NCBI GenBank assembly: GCA_963716175.1
Contig: OY970296.1
Location: 2,656,001-2,720,000 of the forward strand
DNA from: an uncultured Armatimonadetes bacterium
GTDB taxonomy: Bacteria > Armatimonadota > Hebobacteria > Hebobacterales > Hebobacteraceae
Direction: 5' to 3'
DNA: 64,000 nucleotides
Shown here piece after piece: positions 49,384 to 59,384 of the stretch. Numbering within the stretch: position 1 is the stretch's first letter; each line of letters starts with the position of its first letter. The notes below the pieces were generated by a model. The model ran no database searches. It was not told the origin of the DNA and was given only the letters and a program-made list of their open reading frames with translations. Made by a program: the position numbers and the translations under genes.

Positions 49384-51408
49384 GTGCCGCGGATTGACTT
49401 CGCCTTTTGCCTGCATAGCCATCAGCCCGCGGGCAACCTCGAGTTCGTGGTGGAGAACGCCTACGAGAAGGCCTACCGCCCCTTCCTGGAGGTGGTTCGG
49501 CGCCATCCCGAGGTGAGAGTCGTGCTTCACTACTCCGGCGCGCTGCTCACCTGGTTTGAGTCTCATCGCCCGGAGGCGCTGGAGATCATCCGCGGGCTGG
49601 TGTCCGAGGGCCACGCCGAACTCATGACGGGCGGCTTCTACGAGCCTATCCTGCCCATCATCCCCGACCGGGACAAGCTGGGCCAGATCGGCGCGCTCAC
49701 TAGCTATCTCGAGCCGCGGTTCGGGACTCACCCCAAAGGCCTGTGGCTGACCGAGCGCGTGTGGGAGCCGGATCTGGTATCGCCCCTGGTCCGCGCTGGC
49801 GTCTGCTACACCATCGCGGATGACAACAACTTCCAGCTCGCCGGGATCTCCGAGCAGCACGGCCTCGGTCACTTCAGCGTGAATGGATCAGAGGGTGAGG
49901 GCCTTCAGGTCTTCCCCATCAACGGCTCGCTCCGCCGCGCCATCCCGTTTCAACCCCCGGAGGCGGTGATAGAGCTGCTCGCGCACCTGGGCAGGCTGCC
50001 GGCCGGCTGGCAGGCCGGGAATGGGAATCGCTTGGCGCTGTTCGCCGACGATGGGGAGAAGCTAGGTGAATGGCCCGGGACTCACCAACTGGTATACTCC
50101 GAGGGTTGGCTGGAGCGCTTCTTCCGGCTGCTGGCAGACAACCGGGACTGGATACACATGACCACTTTGGCCCAGCACCTGGAGCAGGTTCCTGCTTTGG
50201 GCCGGGTGGCGCTGCCGGCCGGATCCTATCCGGAGATGATGGAATGGTCGGGCGGGTCTTGGCGCAATTTCCTCGCGCGCTACCCCGAGAGCAATCTGAT
50301 GTACCGCAAGATGCTCCAGGTCAGCGACGCGGTGGCGAAGATGACAGACCCCCCGGATCAGGTCGCCCGGGCGCGGGACTATCTCTACCGGGGCCAGTCC
50401 AACTGCCCCTACTGGCACGGCGTGTTTGGCGGCCTCTACTTGCTGCACCTGCGGACGGACAACTATCGCAGCCTGCTCACCGCCGAGAAGCTCGCCAACC
50501 CGGGCCAGGGGCTGCAGGTCGAGCAAGTGGACTTCGACGGTGACGGCCAAGAGGAAACACTGGTCAGCTCGCCGCGCCTCAACTGCTACCTGCACCGCAC
50601 CGGCGGCCAGATATTCGAGCTGGATCACCGCGCCCTGGCCTGGAACCTGCTGGCCACGCTGGCTCGCCAGCGAGAGCGCTATCACGAGCAGAGCGGGGAC
50701 GGCGACTATGATTGGTATCTCCGCCGAGCGCTGATAGATCACTTCCTCCGCGATGGAACCAATGCGGAGGACTTCGCCCGCTGCCGATACGGGGAGCAGG
50801 GAGACTTCGTCAACCAACCCTACGAATTCGTAGGGCAGGTCCGCGACCTGCCCCGGCCATCGGACCGCGAACGCGAGGCGGTCATCACGCTCCGGCGGCA
50901 GGGCGGAGTGTGGGTGGGGCAGGAGTTTCTTCCGGTCACGATCACCAAGCGCCTGGCCTTCGGCCCCGACTCGCCAACCGTCGGCCTGGAGTACCAGATC
51001 GAGTGGCTAGGCGGAGCCGCCAGCCCGGCCCAGGGTGCGCAGGGTCAGTCCGCCAGCGAGTCCCTTCCGCTCTGGTTCGCCTGCGAGAGCACCTTCGTGC
51101 TCTCCTCCAGTGACCCACAAGAGCGCTACTATCAGGTCAATGGGTCCAGCAGTAGGCTCCCGCTCTCCTCCCGGGGCAGCCACAGTGGCGTGCGCGAGAT
51201 CGCCTTCATGGATGAGTGGCTGGGCGGCGGGGTGAGGCTGCACTTCGCGCAGCCGACGGAGGTCTGGGTATTCCCGGTCGAGACCGTGTCCCAGGGCCTG
51301 GAGGGTCCCCGGCGGTCCTACCAGGGCAGTTGCGTGGCCGCTCACTGGCGCCTGAACCTGCGCCGCGGCCAGCCGTGGGGGACATCGTTCAGCATCATGC
51401 TGCTGTAG
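49384..51408 (+). CDS. GH57 4-alpha-glucanotransferase/alpha-amylase (DUF1925/DUF1926 type)
   Basis: HSHQP, GFYEPIL, WLTERVWEP, DDGEK, YPESN, YWHGVFGGLY, GDFVNQPY. Confidence 0.92.
   Translation: MPRIDFAFCLHSHQPAGNLEFVVENAYEKAYRPFLEVVRRHPEVRVVLHYSGALLTWFESHRPEALEIIRGLVSEGHAELMTGGFYEPILPIIPDRDKLGQIGALTSYLEPRFGTHPKGLWLTERVWEPDLVSPLVRAGVCYTIADDNNFQLAGISEQHGLGHFSVNGSEGEGLQVFPINGSLRRAIPFQPPEAVIELLAHLGRLPAGWQAGNGNRLALFADDGEKLGEWPGTHQLVYSEGWLERFFRLLADNRDWIHMTTLAQHLEQVPALGRVALPAGSYPEMMEWSGGSWRNFLARYPESNLMYRKMLQVSDAVAKMTDPPDQVARARDYLYRGQSNCPYWHGVFGGLYLLHLRTDNYRSLLTAEKLANPGQGLQVEQVDFDGDGQEETLVSSPRLNCYLHRTGGQIFELDHRALAWNLLATLARQRERYHEQSGDGDYDWYLRRALIDHFLRDGTNAEDFARCRYGEQGDFVNQPYEFVGQVRDLPRPSDREREAVITLRRQGGVWVGQEFLPVTITKRLAFGPDSPTVGLEYQIEWLGGAASPAQGAQGQSASESLPLWFACESTFVLSSSDPQERYYQVNGSSSRLPLSSRGSHSGVREIAFMDEWLGGGVRLHFAQPTEVWVFPVETVSQGLEGPRRSYQGSCVAAHWRLNLRRGQPWGTSFSIMLL
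50830..50854 (+). repeat. GTAG-type REP-like palindrome, copy 2 (inside a CDS)
   Basis: GTAGGGCAGGTCCGCGACCTGCCCC, read in frame as VGQVRDLP. Confidence 0.8.
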
Positions 51409-51435
51409 GGTGGGCGCAGGGCCGCCCTGCAAAAC

Positions 51436-52425
51436 TCATCGCATGCGGGCCAGAAGGTCCCGCACCGCCCTCTCAACCTCGTTCAGAGGATGCTGCAGAG
51501 CGGTCTGCTTGAGTCGCGAGAACACCGGATACCCGGCAGCTTGCTCCAGCTCCCATTCCCGCGCGAACTGCCCGTCCTTGATCTCCGCCAGCGCCTCCTC
51601 CATGCAGGCCCGGAGGCCGGGTGGAAGCGCGCTTTCCATGTGGGTCAAGGTGCCGTACTGGCTGGTCTGGGAATGGAACGAGAGCTGCTGGAAAACGCCC
51701 ACCTCCGCCATCTGTTGTAACACCTCCGACGCCTCCCTGGAGGCCCACAGCTCCATCACCAGAGCCTCCGGCTGGTAGCCGCGGGAGACTAGAAACTCGA
51801 AGGAGCCAACCAGGATGCGGAAGATCGCGGGCCACACGAAATGCTCGTTGAAGTGATCCAGCTCCGTCTCTTCGGCGAAGCTGCTCTCGATGGCGCCGGC
51901 GCGAGTGGAGCCGATGGCGCGGGCGAGGGCCAGCGTCTTGGGCCAGGCCTCTCCCGATCCGTCTTGCTGGACGGCGACGAAGGCAGGCACGCCTTTTCCG
52001 GCCAGGTACATGGAGCGCACGCTCACCCCGATCATGCGCGGCGCCACCATGATCACATCAACCTCCGCGGGGGGTGTGATGAGACCGTAGTGCACGTTGT
52101 ACCCGTGGGCGAAATCGAGCGCCTTGCCTGGCCTGAGGTGGGGCAGGATGTGCTCCCGGTAGGCGCGCTGCTGCACCTCATCCGGGATCAGCAGGCAGAT
52201 GATGTCCCCGGCCGCGGCTGCCTCCGACATCGTCATCACCGGGAAGCCGTCAGCCGCGGCCTGCTCCAGGGTAGCATCGCGTATCCCGCCGACGACCACC
52301 TTCACCCCGCTGTCGCGTAGGTTCAGCGCTTGCGCCCGGCCCTGGTTGCCATAGCCGATGATGGCTACCGCTCTGCCTTCGAGCCGCGCCAGGTCGGCAT
52401 CGCCATCGTAGTAGATCTTCACCAC
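51436..52425 (-). CDS. ilvC: Ketol-acid reductoisomerase family protein (divergent)
   Basis: KIYYDGDADL, IIGYGNQG, NLRDSG, LIPDE, FAHG, MVAP, SQTSQYG; GGGAGG RBS. Confidence 0.8.
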   Translation of the reverse strand: MVKIYYDGDADLARLEGRAVAIIGYGNQGRAQALNLRDSGVKVVVGGIRDATLEQAAADGFPVMTMSEAAAAGDIICLLIPDEVQQRAYREHILPHLRPGKALDFAHGYNVHYGLITPPAEVDVIMVAPRMIGVSVRSMYLAGKGVPAFVAVQQDGSGEAWPKTLALARAIGSTRAGAIESSFAEETELDHFNEHFVWPAIFRILVGSFEFLVSRGYQPEALVMELWASREASEVLQQMAEVGVFQQLSFHSQTSQYGTLTHMESALPPGLRACMEEALAEIKDGQFAREWELEQAAGYPVFSRLKQTALQHPLNEVERAVRDLLARMR

Positions 52426-52454
52426 GTTAGCCTCCCGGGAGATAACTGGCTGGA

Positions 52455-55400
52455 CTACTGCTGAAGCAGGATCCGGATATGCTGCATCCGCGCGCGCTCC
52501 AGGCGGACGCACTGGCGATCCGGCTCGTACTCAAAGGCCGCCTCCTTGCCGTCCACCAGCACTTTGGCCGGCGGCCGATGGCAGTGAATCCGGACCATCA
52601 TGCTGTCGTAGAGGTTCAGCTTCGCCTCCGTGGCGTCGGCGTCGAAGGTCAGCACGGCGTCGCCAGAGCTGCTGGTCTCGAACAGCAAGACCCCGTCGGC
52701 CGAGAGGCGCTGGCCTCGGTGCAGCGCCGCCCGGGTCACCTGTTCGCCAGCGCGGCGCACGAAGCACGATCGCCCCACCGCCTCCACGCCGGCCGCTTTT
52801 ATCTCCGGCTGATCCAGCGCGAAGAGCGCCACATCCCTGGCGGCGGGGGTCACGATGCTTGCCCCGAGCACGTTGGGCTCGCGGATGGGAGCGACTTGCA
52901 CGTCGCTCGTGCTTCGTAGCGAAGTAGCATCGCTACTTCGCAGAGTAGTATCGGGCGAGGCCGAGGCGGGCTTGCCCGCCGGCCGCGTGGCGGGGCGCGG
53001 CGCGAGCACTGACAGGAAGTAGGTTCGCGGCGTCTGCTCGGCGGGCCGCAGCGTGAGTTGGGTGAAGGCCCGGGCGGTCTCGAAGGGCCGATCCGAGCCG
53101 GCCTCCTCGAAGGTCCTCTCCCGGATCTCGGATGCGAAAGCCTGCGGCACGACCATGGTCACGTCCACCGCCGCCTGATCCTGCGTCACGGTGATGCGGC
53201 TCCCATCAACCTTCATGTCGCCATAGGTGTGCAGCAGCCAATCCACGCGGGAAGGCGCGACGGCGTCCACGTCATCGAACAGGACGAAGTAATCCGGCGG
53301 CTGCGCCGGGTCCGCGTGCCTCAGGTACATCACCTCGCGCACGAAGCTGTTCACATCCTTGGGGTCATAGGCGAGCGAGGCATCGCCCACCAGCCCGCGC
53401 GTACCAGGGCGCTTCCATCAGGTCGGAGACGATGCCGCGGTGCCGGGGGTCGCCCCGCGACCCTGCCACGTGCACGTCGCCGAGCTGTTCCTTCCCGTTC
53501 ACCATGATGGTGTTGTGCGCCTCGGTCTGGCAGCCCCAGACCTGATGCGGGTAGAGGAGATCAACGAGCAAGGGCCGGCCATAGGCGTAGAGCACGAAGC
53601 TGTTGGTGTCATGATGGTGGTGGTCCCAGTCCTTCTGGCCTCCCTTGAGCGCGAAGAGGGTGGCCTGCGGGTCGTGCCACCGGCTTCGCACCACGGCCCA
53701 GCTGATGTCCGGGAACAGTTTATCCAGCGGAAGCCCGCTGGGATCTCTCGCCTCCAGCGCCGGATCGCACCACAGGAAGCTGAAGATATCGCCGGAGCCG
53801 CTCCGTTCAGTGATCGTCTGGGCGAACCACTGAGCGTAGCCGTCTCGGTACTCGCGGGCCAGCCGGTAGAGAATGGGCGCGGTTCCGTCGGTGCCCTGGC
53901 CGCAGTTGGAGAAGGGGATGAAGCTCCGCTCGTCCGGCTCCATGATGTTGATGAACCACTGCGCCAAGCGCGGTAGCTTGGCATTCTGGAACAGATTGAC
54001 CTGCCCCTTGGTGACGCGCTGGAGGGCATCGGCATAGAGGACGGCGCGGAACCAGATATAGGTGCCGTAGCTGCCGCTCTCCCCCCATCCGCCTTCCCGG
54101 TCCAGCGCCTGCGGGTAGTGCCAGGTCTTGAGCTGGAAGAGGCGGGCCCAGTCTGCCGCCTGCGGCTCCTCCCCGAGCAGGCTGAGGGCGGCGACACCGA
54201 CCTGCCCGAGGATCACCCCGCCCCAGTTGCAGCGATACCAGTGGGTCCACCACTCTCCCTGGTCAATGGCGGCGAGCATGGGCTTGATGCCATGGTTGAT
54301 CACGGCCTCTCGGATCTGTTCCCGTTGCGCCTCAGTGAGGGCATCGTACATCCAGTCGTAGGCCAGGGCCAGGCTGCAGGTGGCCTCGGCGGTGACCAGA
54401 GCTTCCGCCTGGGGCATGAGCCAGCCCGTGTCGGCTAGCAGCGCCTCCAGCGCGGTCACCGCGCGCCGAGCATAGACCTCCTGGCCGGTGAGGGCGTAGA
54501 CGAAGGCGAGGGTCCGCAGCCGCCGCGAGTTCTCCCAGTGGGAGCCCTCGGCCGTCCACTCGGAGGGATCGCCGCCCGCTAGCTCGTCGGCCTCGGCCTT
54601 GATGTGCTGCCACATCCCCGCCGCAGGCGCCTGCTTGGTCTTCTCGAGCAGCGCCGCTAGTTCGTCGCGGCTGAAGAACAGGTAGGGATGCGGCCCGGGC
54701 GCGGCCAGGCCTGGCCCGTGGGCCTTCAGGTAGGCCGCTCCCAGCCCTTTGGCGCGCACGGTATAGGCCGCATCCACCGGAGCCACGTCGAAGCGGACAA
54801 TGCGCCGGCCCTCCGCCCGCTCGATCCTGGAGGGCAGAGCTTTCCCGGCCGCGTCACACACCTCCAGTGCATCGGCGGCAGGGGGCAGGTCCACCTCCAG
54901 CGTGAGCGGCTCCTTGTAGAAGTCCGGGTCAGTGGCGCAGGCAAGCTGAAGCGCGAGTGTGTCGTCCCCAGTGGGGTGGGCCCAGAGGGCGGCGTTATCG
55001 CGCTCCTGCCAGTACTGGTTGATGGCGCTCATGCCGGCCTGCCAGAGATTCTCCTTCTGGGACTGCACATACTCGAGCAGACGGCGGAAGAGCGGCGGGG
55101 TGATGTGGAGGTGGCCTTCGCCGATGGGATGGAAGTGAAACTGGAGCGAGTCCCCCTCGGCCACGCCCTCGTCCATCCGCTGCTTGAAGGCCTCGAAGTT
55201 GAAGGAGGGGTAATCCTCGCTGCACGACATGGATCGGTAGCTGCCGCGGGAGAGGTCGTACTTGGCGGTGAAGAAGTCGAACGACTTGCGCTGCATCCAC
55301 AGCGTGGCGCCGCCGCTCAGGAAGGTGAGCAGCTTGACGTCTGGCTGAAGGCGGTGCAGGAGCTTCGCTGGCTCCCCGATCTCTCTCTCCGCCTCCCGGT

Positions 55401-55797
55401 CTGTCCTGGCGCCGTTGTGAGTCAGAGTGTGGTCGCCCAACTCGTGCCCCTGCTCGATGACGGCTCCCTCCCAGGTGCTCTTGTACTGCTGATAGCTCGA
55501 CTTGCCGGGATTGACCAGAAAGGTCCCGATCAGACCATATTCGTTCAGCCACGGGACCGCGCGCTCGATGTGGGTGCGATTGGAGTCATCGAAGCGCAAG
55601 CTGAGGGCGGCACGCTTCCCGCCGTACCAGCGGCAGATGTGTGCAGATAGGCGGTCGGAACTCGGCTTTGGGTTACTGCTCATCTCCATCTCCTGACAGA
55701 AACTTGGCCCGGGGTGCACCAGCGCCAGCATCAGGGCAGAGAGAGCGAGGGCCACCCGCGTCATTCTGGAATTCGCCGATGCAGGCACGGGAGACAT
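52455..55797 (-). CDS. Secreted polysaccharide deacetylase + heparinase II/III-like fusion; frameshifted at about 53395
   Basis: SLRFDD, HELGDHTLTH, FHPIG (NodB-like); CNW, GGWGESGSY, HHHHDTNSF, AHNTIMVNG; continues LVGDAS...YFVLFDDV in ORF 52455-53390. Confidence 0.78.
52919..52941. repeat. Perfect 10-bp hairpin inside a low-complexity coding stretch
   Basis: GCGAAGTAGC-atc-GCTACTTCGC. Confidence 0.6.
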
Positions 55798-56077
55798 AGA
55801 GGCCTTCCTTGTAGACCAGCCGGACGCAATTGCGAGGGGCGGGGCCTGCCCGGAGTGACCTGTCCTGCGAAGCTTCAGCCAAGCAGCAAGCCGAGCGGAC
55901 CGCCCCTCGCCGGCTCAGATTCCGCTCCCGGGAGCGGAATCCTTCCCTATCAGCAAGGCGATCGCTCTGGAGCCTCACCGCGCCATCGCCAACACCGGCC
56001 AGCCTCACGATGCCGCGTTGCTAGCAACCCGCCTCCGCCACCAGCAAGCAGGGCCGGTGGGCCCGACCGTCTCTGGC

Positions 56078-56101
56078 GGGCAGGTCGCGGACTTGCCCTA
56101 C
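56078..56101 (-). repeat. GTAG-type REP-like palindrome, copy 3
   Basis: Reverse complement GTAGGGCAAGTCCGCGACCTGCCC, just downstream of the subtilase stop. Confidence 0.78.
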
Positions 56102-56117
56102 CTATTGGCTGTGGCCG

Positions 56118-58145
56118 TCACGGCACGGAGATGGAGTCGCTGGTCTCCAGGTTCGCCGCTGGGTCATAGCTCCAGCCGGCCAGGCTCGCATTGTCCACTG
56201 TGAAGGTGAAAGTGATTCCCCGGGCCGCCCTCTTCACAGAGTTTGACTGAAGCGTGACCCGGCCGCTGGCATTGGTGAGGCCCACGTCGCGATCCCCGGT
56301 CGCTTCGCTCCAGTGCCCGGAAACGCTGGCTCCGGCCACCGGATACCCGTTGCCATCACGGATCGTGACTGTGGCCAGAGCCGAGGTGTTCACCCCCCCT
56401 CTCTTCAGAGCCATGCCAATGTCAGCCACATGCAGTGACCGACCCGCCGGCAGAATGGTCACAGGGGCGGTCCTGACGTTGTCGGCCACCTTGGTCTCCC
56501 CTGCGACCGGGCCTGCCTCCGCCTTCAGCAAGTGGTCACCCGGCGACGCCGACTCGGCGTGCCAGGTGAAGGAGAGGGCCTGGCTCTGCCCCGGTGGCAG
56601 GCCCGCCACATTCTGGCTGCCGATCACAACGTTGTCTGTGGTGTCGGTCAAGGTGACGCCGAAGCTCTCGCTATCGTCGCCGCGGTCGGTCACTGACACC
56701 TGCACGGCAACATCGCCCTGCACGGCCGAGCCAGGAGCGTTCAGGTCGGTGACGGCCACATCGTGCACGGGGGCGAACTCATAGCTGAGCGCGGCATAGG
56801 CGTCCACGATCCCCCACCCATACTGCTGGTCCCAGCCCGCCGGCCCCTTGTCCTCCGCGGTCATCTCCAGGGCCTCCCGCACTCCGTCTGGGTCGGTCAC
56901 ACCGTTGGCGATGAGCAGTGCCGCCACCCCGGAGACATGGGGCGTGGCCATGGAGGTGCCGGAGAAGAACCAGTAGCCGAAGCTCCCGGTGTTCTTGGTG
57001 TTCGGGTTGAAGGTGTTCTGGAGCACCCCGTCACCGTAGCCGTCGCCGTTCTGGTCCACGTTGAGGTCGCCCCCAGGGGCGGCCAGATCAACGTAGGAGC
57101 CGTAGTTCGAGTAATAGGCGCGGGTCTCGTCGTAGCGCGTCGCCGCCACCGCGATGCAGTAATCATCGTAAGCTGCAGGATAAGAAGGCAGGTTCGACTT
57201 GTCGCCGCCGTTGCCGGCGGCGCAGACCACGGTGGCCCCGGCCCCGTAGGCATAGGCGACCGCGTTCTCCAGGGTGCTCGAGGTGCCGGGCCCGCCCAGG
57301 CTGAGGTTCAGCACCTTCGCGCCATGATCAGCGGCATAGTAGATGCCATCGGCGATGTCGGCGTCGGTGCCGAAGCCGTTGCCATCCAACACCTTGACCG
57401 GCATGAGCTTGGCATCGAAGGCCACCCCGGCGGTCCCCAGCCCGTTATTGGTGCTCTGGGCAATAGTGCCGGCGACATGGGTGCCGTGGCTGTTGTCATC
57501 ATTGGGATGCGAGTCGTTGTTGACGTAATCGTAGCCCTGGACGAAGGTCATCGGGTCCAGGTCGGGGGCCCGGTAGTAGGTCTTGCGGCGGTTCCCGATC
57601 CGCTCCGAGTAATCCTCGTAGGCGATGCCCGTGTCAATCACCGCCACCACGGCGCCCGCCCCAGTCGAGATCGCCCAGGCTGGCCCTAGGTTGATGCCGC
57701 CTCCGTTGGCGCCCCCATACGGGTTCGGGGTTGTGCTGTCGTCGAGATGCCACTGATAGGGGTAGTAGGGATCGTTGGGAAAGCCCAGCGCGGAGCGGAC
57801 GAAGTTTGGTTCGGCGTACTCCACTTCTCCGTGCCGCCGGTAGGCGGCCACCGCCTGGGCCACGCTCCGGCCTGGCCGCAGGCGCAAGCGCAGGAACCCC
57901 GCGAAGGGGCTGCGGTAGATCATCGCGGCTCCGTGGCCGCGGTTAATCGCATCAACCGCGGCCGGCGGCGCCCCAGGCTTGAACTTGACGATGATCTCCC
58001 CGGCGACCGCTTGCGCCTGCTCATAGGGGATCATCTGGCTGGCCGACAGATCCTCTCGCGCCTGAGCACCTGTGACGCCCGCGACCAGCAGGGCCAGCGC
58101 CACCAGTATCGCCGCTGCGGTGAGATTGAGCCATCTTGCCGTCAT
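56118..58145 (-). CDS. Secreted S8 subtilisin-like serine peptidase with CARDB/Ig-like C-terminal domains
   Basis: Signal peptide, propeptide (YAEPN), IDTG, HGTHVAG, AAGN, GTSMATPHVSG; HDVAVT domain. Confidence 0.94.
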   Translation of the reverse strand: MTARWLNLTAAAILVALALLVAGVTGAQAREDLSASQMIPYEQAQAVAGEIIVKFKPGAPPAAVDAINRGHGAAMIYRSPFAGFLRLRLRPGRSVAQAVAAYRRHGEVEYAEPNFVRSALGFPNDPYYPYQWHLDDSTTPNPYGGANGGGINLGPAWAISTGAGAVVAVIDTGIAYEDYSERIGNRRKTYYRAPDLDPMTFVQGYDYVNNDSHPNDDNSHGTHVAGTIAQSTNNGLGTAGVAFDAKLMPVKVLDGNGFGTDADIADGIYYAADHGAKVLNLSLGGPGTSSTLENAVAYAYGAGATVVCAAGNGGDKSNLPSYPAAYDDYCIAVAATRYDETRAYYSNYGSYVDLAAPGGDLNVDQNGDGYGDGVLQNTFNPNTKNTGSFGYWFFSGTSMATPHVSGVAALLIANGVTDPDGVREALEMTAEDKGPAGWDQQYGWGIVDAYAALSYEFAPVHDVAVTDLNAPGSAVQGDVAVQVSVTDRGDDSESFGVTLTDTTDNVVIGSQNVAGLPPGQSQALSFTWHAESASPGDHLLKAEAGPVAGETKVADNVRTAPVTILPAGRSLHVADIGMALKRGGVNTSALATVTIRDGNGYPVAGASVSGHWSEATGDRDVGLTNASGRVTLQSNSVKRAARGITFTFTVDNASLAGWSYDPAANLETSDSISVP

Positions 58146-58621
58146 CTTCCTCGCCTCCATTCTCGCCTCGGGAGGACAGCCGTCGCCCGCGCCCGCTCCT
58201 GGGTGTCGCCGCTCGTGCCGCAGAGGCCTCCCGCTCAGGATTATAGCCGACAGGCCGAACAAAGATCAAGCTCGGCAACGGGCCTGCCCAGAACGTAGCC
58301 GAGGGGCTGAGGTATGAGCGGAATGGGTCCGGCGCGGTGTGGGCTCGCACCAGCGGCTGTATAGTGGCGCGCTGGCGGGGTGCGAGAAGCTCGCCGCCAA
58401 TGGTCCGAAATGACAGCCAGAATGTCGCCATGATCAGCAGGATAAGGGCCGCGATCTTCCCAATATCACCTCGGCAGTAGGTCGGCATCATCCTCTCCTG
58501 AGGCGCGGCGGTGCGCCGCTTGGGTCGGGTGCCAGATCAAGGCCCCGACCACTGCCAGTCGGTTTGGGCCTCGATTGGGGTATATTGCGTGCATAAAGGG
58601 CATCGCATGGGAGCTGGTTCT

Positions 58622-58957
58622 ATGAAGCATGCCGTGCTGCTCTCAGCCCTCGGCAAGGTGAGCGGCCACTTTGTGGCGGTGGTATATCTGGTGCTGGGCC
58701 TGGGGGATCTGATCATGTCTCTGGCCGCCTTCCGGCTGGGGGTTGTCGAAGGGAACCCGGTGCTTGCGTTCATGGTTGTCCACGGTCTCTTCGTCCCTGC
58801 CAAACTGATCTTCACCTTGCTCGCTGCGGGTCTGATCGTCATCCTCTACTCTCGGAGTCGAGTGCAGCTCATCTGCTGGTCGGTCCTCATCTTGATGGCG
58901 CTGGTTGACGTGTACCACGTGGTGAGCCTGTCAGCCCGTCTGCAGCTTGGTTGCTAG
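58622..58957 (+). CDS. Small membrane protein, DUF5658-like
   Basis: D...S...G..EGNP..K pattern with three hydrophobic helices. Confidence 0.65.
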   Translation: MKHAVLLSALGKVSGHFVAVVYLVLGLGDLIMSLAAFRLGVVEGNPVLAFMVVHGLFVPAKLIFTLLAAGLIVILYSRSRVQLICWSVLILMALVDVYHVVSLSARLQLGC

Positions 58958-58974
58958 CAGGGGAAGCGGCCGGC

Positions 58975-59140
58975 TCCGCAGAGGCATCGCCCGGCGCTCC
59001 CGGATGAAGCTCTCCGGGACCAGGTCCACGATCTCATGCTCGATCTCGCAATCCCGCGAATTGACAAAGGCCACCCCCAGGGCTTCGGCCAGCACCGGGC
59101 CCAGGTCCTTGGGCTTGACGCTCCCCAGCGCGACTACAGA
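58975..59140 (-). pseudogene. Relic of a GspE/PilB ATPase N-terminal domain
   Basis: Hand translation SVVALGSVKPKDLGPVLAEALGVAFVNSRDCEIEHEIVDLVPESFIRERRAMPLR; preceded by in-frame TAG, no start, no ATPase domain. Confidence 0.55.
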
Positions 59141-59384
59141 CTATGGTCTTAGCGGGGCAGCTGGACAGCGATCAGCTGGATAGCTGACAGGCGACAACTA
59201 AGGTAGCAGTTGAGCAGCAGCCAGCCTGGGTGTGAATACGCCCCGTCTGCCATTATCAGGCCCCCGGCCGAGTCAGTGAACGCCATTGGGCCCGCGGGCT
59301 GCCGATTTCAACGGAACTGTGGCATAGGGGCCTAGGACAAAGGTCTCGTCTCCTGTGACGCGGCCTATCCCCGAGGAGCTTGCG

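Noticed and set aside
55855-58310. Short motifs CCTGTCCTGCGAAGCTTCAGCCAAGCAG (about 55859) and GCCTGCCCAGAACGTAGCCGAGGG (about 58282) resembling dispersed small palindromic repeats
   Set aside because: Each is single-copy and degenerate in this window, so repeat status cannot be shown here
58021-58491. Minus-strand 156-aa ORF with an N-terminal hydrophobic helix
   Set aside because: Overlaps the subtilase start in another frame and has no recognisable family; a shorter real gene cannot be excluded
59160-59225. CAGC/AGCTG-rich quasi-repeat
   Set aside because: Too short and irregular to call a tandem repeat
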